From: an uncultured Caldilineales bacterium
GTDB taxonomy: Bacteria > Chloroflexota > Anaerolineae > J102
Assembly (NCBI GenBank): GCA_964565065.1
Contig: CAZMDD010000069.1
Location: 1-17,528 of the forward strand
DNA: 17,528 bases
Direction: 5' to 3'
Positions 6,826 to 15,166 of this stretch are shown here, one piece after another. The notes below the pieces were generated by a model, which worked only from the letters and a program-made list of their open reading frames with translations, did no database searches and was not told the DNA's origin. Each line of letters opens with the position of its first letter. The first letter of the stretch is position 1. A program made the translations under genes and the position numbers.

Positions 6826-8817
6826 ATGACAACTTTGCCCGCGCATTACGATAAAATTGATCAAACACTGGCCAATACCTTACGCCTGCTGGCAGTGGAT
6901 GCTGTTCAGGAAGCAAACTCGGGGCATCCCGGCCTGCCCTTGGGGGTTGCCGACTTTGTAAGCGTGTTGTGGACGCGCTTTCTCAAACATGATCCCGCAC
7001 AGCCTGAGTGGCCCGATCGTGACCGCTTTGTGCTTTCTGCCGGACATGGCTCTGCTCTGCTGTATTCGCTGCTGCATCTTTTCGGCTATCCCTTGCCACT
7101 GGATGAACTTAAGCGCTTTCGGCAATTGGGCGCCATCACCGCCGGCCACCCCGAATATGACCCGGCTCTGGGCATCGAGCTGACCACCGGGCCCCTGGGC
7201 CAGGGCATTAGCAGCGCGGTGGGTATGGCTCTGGCCGAACGCTGGCTGGCTCAGCGCTTTAATCGCCCCGGATTCACACTGGTTGATCACACCACCTGGG
7301 TGCTGGCCTCGGATGGCGATCTTATGGAAGGCGTTTCATCTGAAGCAGCCTCGCTGGCCGGACACTGGGGCCTGGGTAAACTTATCGTGCTGTATGATGA
7401 CAATCATATCTCCATCGATGGCAACACTCAGGTTAGCTTTACCGAAGATGTCTTGCAGCGTTTTTCATCCTATGGCTGGCACATCAGCCGTGTGGATGGT
7501 CACGACATGGCTGCAGTCGATGCCGCCATTCGCACAGCTCAGGCCGAAACACAACGTCCCAGCATCATCGCCTGCCGCACGCAAATCGGTTTTGGCAGCC
7601 CCATGGTCAACACCGCCAAAGTTCACGGTTCACCCTTGGGCCCGGCGGGCGTGCGGGCCACCAAAGAGGCATTGGGCTTTCCTGCCGATGAAAAATTCTA
7701 CGTGCCCGCGGCTGTGCGCCCGCGCATTGCCCAGGCCTTACGCCCGGGCGCCCAGGCACGCGCCCACTGGCAGGCGCAGCTACAAGCCTACCGCCAGGCC
7801 CATCCCCAACTGGCCGCCCAGTGGGATGAGCAAATCAGCGGCAAATTACCTGCAGGTTGGCAAAACTCCCTGCCCGACTTCAGCAACCAAAAACCGATGG
7901 CGACCCGGGCCACCTCGGGCCAAGTCATCGCAGCACTAACCCCGATATTGCCCACCCTGGTGGGAGGTTCAGCCGATCTTTCCGGCAGCAACAAAACCAA
8001 TCCCCCCAACCAGCAAACCATCAACCGCCAAAACTACCACGGCAACTACATCCACTACGGCGTGCGCGAACATGCCATGGGCGCCATCATGAATGGTCTG
8101 GCCGTACACAACCTGCGTCCCTTTGGCGGCACATTCTTAGTCTTCTCCGATTACCTGCGCGGCGCCATTCGTCTGGCCGCTCTGATGAAACTGCCAGTCA
8201 TCTACATCTTCACCCACGACAGCATCGGCGTCGGTGAAGATGGCCCCACCCATCAACCCATCGAGCATGTTACCTCGCTGCGACTCATTCCCGGTCTGGT
8301 TACCCTGCGTCCAGCCGATGGTAACGAAACCGCCAAAGCCTGGCAAGTGGCCCTGGAACGGCAAGGCCCCACCGCTTTAATTCTTACCCGGCAAGCCTTG
8401 CCGCAAATGACCGCAAAAAACAACGGCCTGCACCGCGGCGCCTACATCTTGCAGGATAGTGCAACCTCTCGCCCCGACATCGTGCTGATTGCCAGCGGCT
8501 CTGAAGTCGCTCTGGCCATGGAAGCCGCCCAAACCTTGCAGGCGCAAAACATTCAGGCACGGGTTGTCTCTATGCCCAGTTGGGAGCTATTCGATGCTCA
8601 GGAAGCAGCCTATCGGGCCCAGGTGCTGCCCGCAGATGTGCCTAAACTGGCCATCGAAGCTGGCGCCGGCCTGGGCTGGCGTCGCTACGTGGGGCTGGAT
8701 GGAGCAGTACTCAGCATCGATAGCTTTGGCGCTTCGGGCCCGGGCTCCGCAGTCTTCGCAAAATTTGGTTTCACCGTCGAAAACATTATCGCCATGGTCA
8801 GACAACTACTGGCCTGA
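6826..8817 (+). CDS. tkt: Transketolase
   Basis: The 663-aa product starts with a canonical transketolase N-terminus and TPP-binding region (…ANSGHPG.P.G…SAGHGS..LYSLLHL.GY…GPLGQG…), and its length is typical of the family. AGGAG sits 8 nt upstream of the ATG. Confidence 0.95.
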   Translation: MTTLPAHYDKIDQTLANTLRLLAVDAVQEANSGHPGLPLGVADFVSVLWTRFLKHDPAQPEWPDRDRFVLSAGHGSALLYSLLHLFGYPLPLDELKRFRQLGAITAGHPEYDPALGIELTTGPLGQGISSAVGMALAERWLAQRFNRPGFTLVDHTTWVLASDGDLMEGVSSEAASLAGHWGLGKLIVLYDDNHISIDGNTQVSFTEDVLQRFSSYGWHISRVDGHDMAAVDAAIRTAQAETQRPSIIACRTQIGFGSPMVNTAKVHGSPLGPAGVRATKEALGFPADEKFYVPAAVRPRIAQALRPGAQARAHWQAQLQAYRQAHPQLAAQWDEQISGKLPAGWQNSLPDFSNQKPMATRATSGQVIAALTPILPTLVGGSADLSGSNKTNPPNQQTINRQNYHGNYIHYGVREHAMGAIMNGLAVHNLRPFGGTFLVFSDYLRGAIRLAALMKLPVIYIFTHDSIGVGEDGPTHQPIEHVTSLRLIPGLVTLRPADGNETAKAWQVALERQGPTALILTRQALPQMTAKNNGLHRGAYILQDSATSRPDIVLIASGSEVALAMEAAQTLQAQNIQARVVSMPSWELFDAQEAAYRAQVLPADVPKLAIEAGAGLGWRRYVGLDGAVLSIDSFGASGPGSAVFAKFGFTVENIIAMVRQLLA

Positions 8818-8837
8818 CCCACACATCCCAAAACACT

Positions 8838-9509
8838 ATGACCGCAAAACTTTCCCCCTCCATCCTTTCCGCCGACTTCACCCGCCTGGGGCAACAAGTG
8901 CGCGACGCTGCCGCCGCGGGTGCCGAATACATCCACATCGATGTGATGGATGGGCAATTTGTGCCCAACATCACCATCGGGCCTGTCATCGTCAAGGCCC
9001 TGCGTCCCATCGCCGATGAAACGGGCGTCATCCTGGATGTGCATCTGATGATTGAGCAACCTGAAAACATGCTGGCAGCCTTTGCCCGGGCCGGCGCAGA
9101 CATACTCACCGTACACATCGAAACCTGTCCCCACATCCACCAAACCATTCAGCAAATCAAAGCTCTGGGCATGAAAGCGGGCGTCACCCTGAACCCGGGA
9201 ACCCCGCTGGTCATGCTGGAAAACATCCTGGCCGACGTTGACCAGATTTTAATCATGTCGGTGAATCCGGGCTTTAGCGGACAACGCTACATTGCCGCCA
9301 GCACCGACAAAATTGCACGCTTACGAGCCATGCTCAACACCCGCGGTCTGCAACATGTCGCCATCGAGGTCGATGGTGGTGTCAAGCCGGAAAACGCCGC
9401 TGAAATTGTGGCTGCCGGTGCCAACATCCTGGTGGCAGGCTCCGCAATCTACAACCAAAAAGCCAGCATTGCCGAAAACATCGCCGCCTTCCGGCAAGCG
9501 TTATCGTAA
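8838..9509 (+). CDS. rpe: Ribulose-phosphate 3-epimerase
   Basis: The 223-aa product has the signature N-terminus 'SPSILSADFTRLG...HIDVMDGQFVPNITIGP' and 'DVHLM...NPGFSGQ'. It lies immediately downstream of tkt, so the two are probably co-transcribed. Confidence 0.95.
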   Translation: MTAKLSPSILSADFTRLGQQVRDAAAAGAEYIHIDVMDGQFVPNITIGPVIVKALRPIADETGVILDVHLMIEQPENMLAAFARAGADILTVHIETCPHIHQTIQQIKALGMKAGVTLNPGTPLVMLENILADVDQILIMSVNPGFSGQRYIAASTDKIARLRAMLNTRGLQHVAIEVDGGVKPENAAEIVAAGANILVAGSAIYNQKASIAENIAAFRQALS

Positions 9510-9576
9510 CCTGCAAGAGTTGATCCAATCACCAAACCATCCGATACAGCAGAGAGCTGTTACATCAGGCAAAAAT

Positions 9577-9707
9577 AACGACTACCGTACCCGACTTCAG
9601 TCACCACAAAGACACTAAGAACACCAAGCATTTCAAAATTTTTTCTTTCTTTGTGCCTTGGTGGCTTCGTGTCTTAGTGGTTTCTAGCCGGGCTACCTTA
9701 GTCGTAA
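9577..9707 (+). repeat. Copy B of the 131-nt conserved intergenic element. It sits 68 nt after the rpe stop and 136 nt before the lipoprotein gene start.
   Basis: It is about 94% identical to 2844-2974. The terminal stem is better in this copy (ACGACTA..CGTA.CCCG pairing with CGGG.TAC..TAGTCGT). The internal P2 arms are identical to copy A. An apical 'CACCAAG/CTTGGTG' pairing is perfect here and has one mismatch in copy A. Confidence 0.8.
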
Positions 9708-9726
9708 CCATTATTCATGCAATGTT

Positions 9727-9761
9727 ACACAATTGCCTCTTGAAATGTCTCATGATTGTGT
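9727..9761. promoter_or_regulatory. Inverted repeat ACACAAT-N21-ATTGTGT flanking a TTGAAA -35-like hexamer upstream of the lipoprotein gene. It is a candidate operator or promoter region.
   Basis: The dyad arms are at 9727-9733 and 9755-9761, and TTGAAA is at 9740-9745. I found no convincing -10 hexamer. Confidence 0.25.
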
Positions 9762-9843
9762 CATCATAAAGATGCACATGGGAACTTGTTTCGCAGTGCC
9801 GACGTTAACATGATAACACCCCCCTTCCCATCAGGAGAAAACC

Positions 9844-10782
9844 ATGAGACGCATCCACCTTATTATCATCCTCTTGCTATTGGTCACGCTGGCACTAACA
9901 GCTTGCAGCGGGTCAGCTCCGACGCCTATGGTGGTCGAAAAATCTGTTGGACAGGCTGTTTCTGCCGATAATGACATGCTCGCCCCCCGTGAAGCGCCCG
10001 CCGCCCCTATGGCATCATCAGCCCTTGCGCCTGCCAGTCAGCAGATGCAAAGCACCCGCAAAATCATCTACAACGCAGATATTGCGCTCATCGTGCAGGA
10101 TACCGAGCAAACAACGCAAGCCATTGCCGAGATGGCCGCCAGCATGGGGGGCTACGTGGCCAGCATGAATGGCTATCATCAGGGCGAGCAGATGATTTAC
10201 GACATCACCATCCGCATCCCCTCCGATAAATTCGAGGCCGGGCGCAGCTCATTGCGGCAAATGGCGGTGCGGGTCGAGCATGAAAATGTTAGCACCAACG
10301 ATGTCACCGATCAGTACTTTGACATCGACGCCCGCCTGCGCACCCTGACCGCTACTGAAGAAGAACTCACCGAGTTGCTCAAAGAAACCCGCAAAAATGG
10401 CGGCAAGGTCGAGGATGTGATGAAAGTTTATGACCGCCTGATTCAAATCCGTAGCGACATTGAATCCTTGCAGGGGCAATTGAATCGTTTGGATAAACTG
10501 GTAGGCTTCTCTACGCTGAACATTCATCTGCAACCGCACATCCTGTCCACCGCCATCGAAAATGATGATTGGCATCCGGCAGAGATTGTTCACGCCAGCA
10601 TCAACACCTTGGTCAATGCCCTCACCGGTCTGGCCACACTGCTCATCCGCCTGGTCATCGTGGTCTTGCCCATTGCCCTGATTTTAATTCTACCGCTGGT
10701 ACTGCTGGTGTGGCTGGTGAGCAAATGGCGCCAACGGGCCCGAACTGTCAAAAACGACGAAACCTCCCAGGATGACTCATAG
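9844..10782 (+). CDS. Lipoprotein, DUF4349-like. It has a lipoprotein signal peptide ending in Cys, a central coiled-coil region and a C-terminal hydrophobic anchor.
   Basis: The N-terminus reads 'MRRIHLIIILLLLVTLALTAC|SG' (lipobox). The C-terminus reads 'LLIRLVIVVLPIALILILPLVLLVWLV' (TM). AGGAG sits 8 nt upstream of the start. The DUF4349 name comes from my memory of that family's architecture and is not verified. Confidence 0.8.
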   Translation: MRRIHLIIILLLLVTLALTACSGSAPTPMVVEKSVGQAVSADNDMLAPREAPAAPMASSALAPASQQMQSTRKIIYNADIALIVQDTEQTTQAIAEMAASMGGYVASMNGYHQGEQMIYDITIRIPSDKFEAGRSSLRQMAVRVEHENVSTNDVTDQYFDIDARLRTLTATEEELTELLKETRKNGGKVEDVMKVYDRLIQIRSDIESLQGQLNRLDKLVGFSTLNIHLQPHILSTAIENDDWHPAEIVHASINTLVNALTGLATLLIRLVIVVLPIALILILPLVLLVWLVSKWRQRARTVKNDETSQDDS

Positions 10783-10851
10783 CCCCCTTTGTTCCTAACG
10801 CACACTGCCCCGATGATAAGCCCTTTTCATTCATCTTTTCGGTCAACCATC

Positions 10852-11259
10852 ATGCGAATCCTCACCTTTTTAGCCAAATCCTTTGCCTGGCAGCCTTTTA
10901 GCCAAACACTGACTCAAGCACCCGCGGCAGAGCCTGGCAGCATGACACAAGTTGTCGTGGCCTTTATTCAAGTCGAGGCCAAAGATGAAGCAGATGAAAA
11001 ACGGGCCTTTCGTCATCTGCTCAAACATCTCAAATGGCTGGCCAACAAAAACGACCTGCGCAACATCGTTTTGCATTCCTTCACCCATTTGGGCGGACAA
11101 AATGCCTCGGCAGATTTTGCCGAATCACTGCTGCAAAACATGGCTCAACGCCTGCGCAACACTGGCTACCAGGTCGAAATCACCCCCTTTGGCTGGTTCT
11201 GTTCCTGGCAAATCGATGTCATGGGCCAAAGTTTGGCCAAGGTGTACAAAGAAATCTGA
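10852..11259 (+). CDS. Small protein resembling the archaeal-type threonyl-tRNA synthetase N-terminal editing domain (tRNA-Thr_ED, DTD-like fold) as a free-standing bacterial protein.
   Basis: Translated from the ATG at 10852, 'MRIL...VVVAFIQVEAKDE...NIVLHSFTHLGG...YQVEITPFGWFCSWQ' aligns to my recollection of Pyrococcus ThrRS residues 1-140 ('MRVL...VLVAFISVEKVDE...NVFVYPFAHLSS...FNVGKAPFGYYKAFK'). The ORF track starts at a TTG (10789). I saw no SD for any candidate start. Confidence 0.55.
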   Translation: MRILTFLAKSFAWQPFSQTLTQAPAAEPGSMTQVVVAFIQVEAKDEADEKRAFRHLLKHLKWLANKNDLRNIVLHSFTHLGGQNASADFAESLLQNMAQRLRNTGYQVEITPFGWFCSWQIDVMGQSLAKVYKEI

Positions 11260-11266
11260 CGCGCAG

Positions 11267-13735
11267 CTACGAAGTTGGGCGCTCCTGTTGCGCCCGTTCA
11301 GCCATCAACTCATGATAGGCCTTCACCCATTTGGCCATCTCTTCATCTCGCCGCTTGCTCTGCTGCATAGCGGCGTTGATTTTTTGCTTTTCGATACGGG
11401 AAAAAATATCGGCGTGAACCGTTTTGGGGTCGGGCACAAAATAAAATTCGATATTGCCTTTGGTGGCGGCAGTCTGAATAGAGACATTGCCGTAATTAAA
11501 AATATAGGCGATAAAATGAGGAATCTGAAATTCCACATTTTCTACACGTTCCAACGATAACTTAATGCGATCTTCCTGCAAGCCCAGCGGCTTCTTGTTC
11601 ACCTGCTCGATGAAGTGATCCGTTACGATGTAGAAATCGTTGCGCCAATCCACCCATTGCCAGACCAGCCACAAAATACCGCCAATCAAAAGGGGAAAGG
11701 CCAGCAGCAGCGCACCATTGCGGATTTGTGTGGCATAAGGTGTATTCCGGGAAATGTCACGAATCACAAAAAATAAAACAATGGCCCCAATAGCCAATCC
11801 CAGAGGCAAGAATGATTTTACCAGAAGTCCAAACCAATGCTTTCGCCAAATAAGTCGCTCACCCAACCGCGGCTTGCTGCTGGAAAAACTTTTAAGGAAT
11901 GCTCGCAACCAACCCAACACTTTATTATAGGTTGGTGCGCTCCCAGCCGTGCGCACCTCAACATCCTCCATCAGCGCCCGCACATCAGTGACCAAATCGG
12001 TCTCCATATCTAGTTCTTTGCGTAAGTAGCGTTTGATGTAATCCTCAGGTTCCTCCATCTGGGCGTGCAGCAGCTTTATCCGTTCGGTGGCGCCAGATAA
12101 AATTTTGATAATTTCATCTGGGTGTGCCAAGTAATCGAACTTTATCTCACCTTCTTCTGCGGCGGTGCTGATGTAAAGCTGTCCGTACCCCAGCATTTTG
12201 GCAAAAAATCCACGCTCCATGTGCGAATTCTGAATTTTGTCGATGGGCGCGGCATTCTGACGTTCACTCATCAGGGGCACAGCTTCTTCGTGCATGATTC
12301 GGGTATGGGTGATGGTGAAATAATCATTCCTATAATCAGCAATCGCCCATCCTCCCATTATTAAAAGCCACAGCAACACCGGCAAAAACTTCAGCCAAAA
12401 CGAGAAATGAATCCCCAGCAACGAAAGAGAAATCAAAATGGCCAGATAAAGTAACGCTACCAGCACCGGAATCAATAAGCGTTTAACCAGAACAATGGGG
12501 TGTCGCCGTTTGCGGAAGAGGGGGCCTTCCTCTGGCTGCAGGGCTGTGCTGGCAACCGCATCTACGCTGGCCAGCATGTGCAGTTTGGCTTCCTTACGTC
12601 GCCATATTTCGGGGTGAGCATTAGAAAATGCCTGAAAATCGAGATAATGGATTTGCAGCCAGCTTACCGGCGTTGTCGCCTCTACCGTGATTTCAGCCAG
12701 TTGATTTTGCTGCATGATGTTTTTCTCGCCCCAGGTAAATCCTGGCATCACCGGTTCCGGCTCTTCGGGCACACCGATGCTGTTGTAGGTATATTTTCGC
12801 GCTTCGCCCCTGGTCAAAATGCGATAGTGAGGATCGGGCTGCTGACTACGGGAGATTTTTGTGCCAGGTCGATGTGCGTAAACCTGCATGACATAGCCTG
12901 CCAGGTACCGAATCTCAGGGCGGGTAAGCATCTTGAAAAATGGCGCCCGACTCAGCATCAGCTCAATGTCGATGGGCTCACGCGTCCACACATTTTGCGG
13001 ATGTCGTTCTGTTAGCGCCACAAAATCAACCTTGGGCACTCGATAACAAGAGACCTTTGTCTCGGCGACAATGCGGCATTTGTAGTAGCCCCCCGTAAAT
13101 ACAACGCGAAGTCCCAGCACGCTATTGCTGCTGCGCCACCACTCCCGCTGAAATAAATTCGATTGCAAGTGTACACGTCCCTGTCGGACAATCATCACAT
13201 CTTTGACTGGGGCGTTCTCCTCAGCCAGCACCCTTCCTCGGGGAATATCCTCGAATTTTACCAAATCGCTCAGCCAGTCGATTTCGGGATTGGTCAAAGG
13301 TGCGAAATAAGGAATCGCCCGCAAACGTCCGGCCACGCGGGCCCGGTCGAATTTGCGGCCCCAGGCAGGATAATGAGATGCCAGTGTTACCAACGACTTG
13401 ACATCGATGCTGATGAGCTCCACCTCGCGGGCAGCCCGGGCGTCGCCCAACTGCGGCGCATGAATATCCAAACGCAGCCGACCCAGCACTTCGCCCTCAT
13501 TCACCACTCGCCACAGCTCCCGCTGCCCCTCATCCCGCCGCAAAAGCGTTACCTGCCCCCGTTTCACCAAAAAGAGACGCCGAATCACCGCGTCCTGCCG
13601 AAACAGCAGCACGCCCGGTTTGATGGGTTGCGATGTTGGCACTGCGCGAATCCGCTTCAGCGCTTCATCAGGAATCCCCTGGAAGAGCTCGAACTCACGC
13701 AAGGCTGCGACAACATCAAAAGTGGAATCAGGCAT
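11267..13735 (-). CDS. Membrane signalling protein of unknown output. It has three N-terminal cNMP-binding-like (CAP effector) domains followed by two TM-anchored bacterial PH (bPH_2, YdbS/YdbT-like) modules.
   Basis: The 822-aa product has cNMP-like cores 'GEVLGRL...DARAAREVELISI', a second weaker one, and 'GFTWGEKNIMQQNQLAEITVEATTPVSWLQI'. Two hydrophobic hairpins are each followed by a roughly 100-aa segment like YdbT ('...YISTAAEEGEIKFDYLAHPDEI...' and '...VSIQTAATKGNIEFYFVPDPKTV...'). Confidence 0.8.
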   Translation of the reverse strand: MPDSTFDVVAALREFELFQGIPDEALKRIRAVPTSQPIKPGVLLFRQDAVIRRLFLVKRGQVTLLRRDEGQRELWRVVNEGEVLGRLRLDIHAPQLGDARAAREVELISIDVKSLVTLASHYPAWGRKFDRARVAGRLRAIPYFAPLTNPEIDWLSDLVKFEDIPRGRVLAEENAPVKDVMIVRQGRVHLQSNLFQREWWRSSNSVLGLRVVFTGGYYKCRIVAETKVSCYRVPKVDFVALTERHPQNVWTREPIDIELMLSRAPFFKMLTRPEIRYLAGYVMQVYAHRPGTKISRSQQPDPHYRILTRGEARKYTYNSIGVPEEPEPVMPGFTWGEKNIMQQNQLAEITVEATTPVSWLQIHYLDFQAFSNAHPEIWRRKEAKLHMLASVDAVASTALQPEEGPLFRKRRHPIVLVKRLLIPVLVALLYLAILISLSLLGIHFSFWLKFLPVLLWLLIMGGWAIADYRNDYFTITHTRIMHEEAVPLMSERQNAAPIDKIQNSHMERGFFAKMLGYGQLYISTAAEEGEIKFDYLAHPDEIIKILSGATERIKLLHAQMEEPEDYIKRYLRKELDMETDLVTDVRALMEDVEVRTAGSAPTYNKVLGWLRAFLKSFSSSKPRLGERLIWRKHWFGLLVKSFLPLGLAIGAIVLFFVIRDISRNTPYATQIRNGALLLAFPLLIGGILWLVWQWVDWRNDFYIVTDHFIEQVNKKPLGLQEDRIKLSLERVENVEFQIPHFIAYIFNYGNVSIQTAATKGNIEFYFVPDPKTVHADIFSRIEKQKINAAMQQSKRRDEEMAKWVKAYHELMAERAQQERPTS

Positions 13736-14132
13736 AATTTCGGGAAACCAGCAATAAACAACGGCTCAATACAATCATCATACCTATTTTAACACGTTAT
13801 GGCAACCTTGCCCCCCTGGCGGACACATCAACTTGAGAGGATTGCCAGTCTCGCCAAGCCGAAAATGGCTTGCGCCATAGGGTTGCGGAGGACAAGAAGA
13901 TATTTTGCGGGAATGCCGCGGGGAAGTTGGTGATTCTCTCTGGATAGTGATGAACTGTTGCATTTCAAATTCTGACGGGGGCCCGCTGCTTCCGATTTTA
14001 CAAATCTCGAGTTTAGAATAAAACTTTGATAACACTTTAATGAGATGATAAAGGGGAGGCCGCTATGGCCTTCATTGGAATCACGCTGTGGTTGATTCTG
14101 TCACAACACTCCCAGTAGTTACGAGGTGAACT

Positions 14133-14789
14133 ATGAAGAAGCGAACCAAACTTGTTACCGGTGCGGTGCTTGCACTGCTGGCTCTGGTCATTGTGCCCAT
14201 GGCTGTTTTTGCGCAACAGGGCCCGAAACCGCGACCGAACCATGAACATGCCCTGATGCGCGCCCTGACTGAAACCGCGGCCCAAACCCTGGGCATGACC
14301 CCGCAGGAATTTGTACAGGCCATGCGTCAGGGTAAGACCCCGGCACAACTGGCCGAAGAAGCGCAAGTAAACCCCGATGATCTGGCCGCAGCCATGCAAA
14401 ACACCTGGAATACCCAGGGCGAGCAGCTCATTGCCACATTTATCGAGCAGGGTGCGCCAGCCAAGGTCGGGCAACGCGAGGCTGAGCGTCGGCAGCGGGC
14501 GCTGCGACGTTGGACCAGGCTGGCAGCAGAGACATTAGACATGTCACCGCGAGTCTTTGTTCAGGAGCTACGTTCGGGCCAAAGTGCCGCCCAAATTGCT
14601 GAAGCACACGGTAGCTCGGGCCAGGCTTTGGTCGATGCCGTGGTAGCAGCGGAACAAGCGCATCTTGATCAGGCTGTGGCCGATGGCAAGATGACCCAGG
14701 AGGAAGCGGATAACCTTTTGCCCAAAATCATCGAGCAAGCCAACAAATGGGTGGTGCGAGTGCCGCCCACCAATCCGCCTGGAAACTGA
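14133..14789 (+). CDS. Secreted protein with a signal peptide and two tandem copies of a roughly 45-70 aa alpha-helical repeat.
   Basis: The N-terminus reads 'MKKRTKLVTGAVLALLALVIVPMAVFA'. The repeat 'LTETAAQTLGMTPQEFVQAMRQGKTPAQLAEEAQ' corresponds to 'LAAETLDMSPRVFVQELRSGQSAAQIAEAHG'. GAGGTG sits 5 nt upstream of the ATG. Confidence 0.75.
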   Translation: MKKRTKLVTGAVLALLALVIVPMAVFAQQGPKPRPNHEHALMRALTETAAQTLGMTPQEFVQAMRQGKTPAQLAEEAQVNPDDLAAAMQNTWNTQGEQLIATFIEQGAPAKVGQREAERRQRALRRWTRLAAETLDMSPRVFVQELRSGQSAAQIAEAHGSSGQALVDAVVAAEQAHLDQAVADGKMTQEEADNLLPKIIEQANKWVVRVPPTNPPGN

Positions 14790-14807
14790 TGCAACATGGC
14801 ACTGACG

Positions 14808-15040
14808 TTTGAAACTTGAGAAAAGTGCCTGTGCATTTTGGCAAACGGTGAAAAATAGCTTCGTCGCCATGGCAACCGAAAAGTGCATAGCTTGCACAAA
14901 TTTCTCTTGATGCTTTTCTGCGAAATCTGTGAAGACCTGTGGCTAAACCAAGCAACCACTGGGCTTCACGGATTTTGCAGATTTTTTTGACGGCTTTCTG
15001 CATTTTTCTGTGAAAATCTGTGCCATTTCTACCTTAGCTT
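14808..15040. repeat. Intergenic repeat family 2, locus Y. It contains a direct copy of the X 5' part plus inverted copies of the 'CACAGATTTCGCAG' module, and it ends with 'CTACCTTAG', which is also present in the 131-nt element.
   Basis: Hand alignment gives about 70-76% identity to 4950-5060. Internal near-repeats are 'ttctgcgaaatctgtgaaga' (14916-14935) and 'ttctgtgaaaatctgtgcca' (15005-15024). An inverted repeat CACAAATTTC ... GAAATCTGTG lies within it. Confidence 0.6.
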
Positions 15041-15166
15041 TTTGGGGCGGTCATTCTGGCGAACACCGAAACATCTATCGGGAAAATTGGACTTCTGCAC
15101 TGTTTGCGGTTAACATTAGCAATTATTTTTTGTCTCTCACTAAAAATCAAAAGGAAGGAGAAGATT

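Noticed and set aside
2844-9707. Possibility that the two 131-nt copies are CRISPR repeats or a tRNA-derived element
   Set aside because: There are only two copies, 6.6 kb apart, with no regular repeat-spacer periodicity and no cas genes. The length of 131 nt is far above CRISPR repeat size. I found no cloverleaf or T-loop (GTTCGA) features.
11267-13735. cNMP-binding effector as part of a Pycsar/CBASS-like anti-phage operon
   Set aside because: No nucleotide cyclase, CD-NTase or other defence gene is adjacent. The neighbours are a convergent small gene and a divergent secreted protein. I therefore treat it as a stand-alone signalling protein.
14040-14075. AGGCC-gctat-GGCCT hairpin upstream of the secreted-protein gene
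   Set aside because: A 5-6 bp palindrome can occur by chance in GC-rich DNA, and it has no flanking features.
13784-14474. Minus-strand ORFs of 83 and 145 aa in or overlapping the 13736-14132 divergent region and the start of the secreted-protein gene
   Set aside because: The 145-aa ORF overlaps the well-supported + strand gene with its signal peptide. The 83-aa ORF has no RBS and is Pro/Gly/Ser-rich.
14827-14848. Small hairpin AAAGTGC-ctgt-GCATTTT after the secreted-protein gene, considered as a possible terminator
   Set aside because: The stem is only 7 bp including a G·U pair. The U-run is part of the stem and is not a trailing tract. The structure is not conserved in the homologous locus X. 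It is weak.
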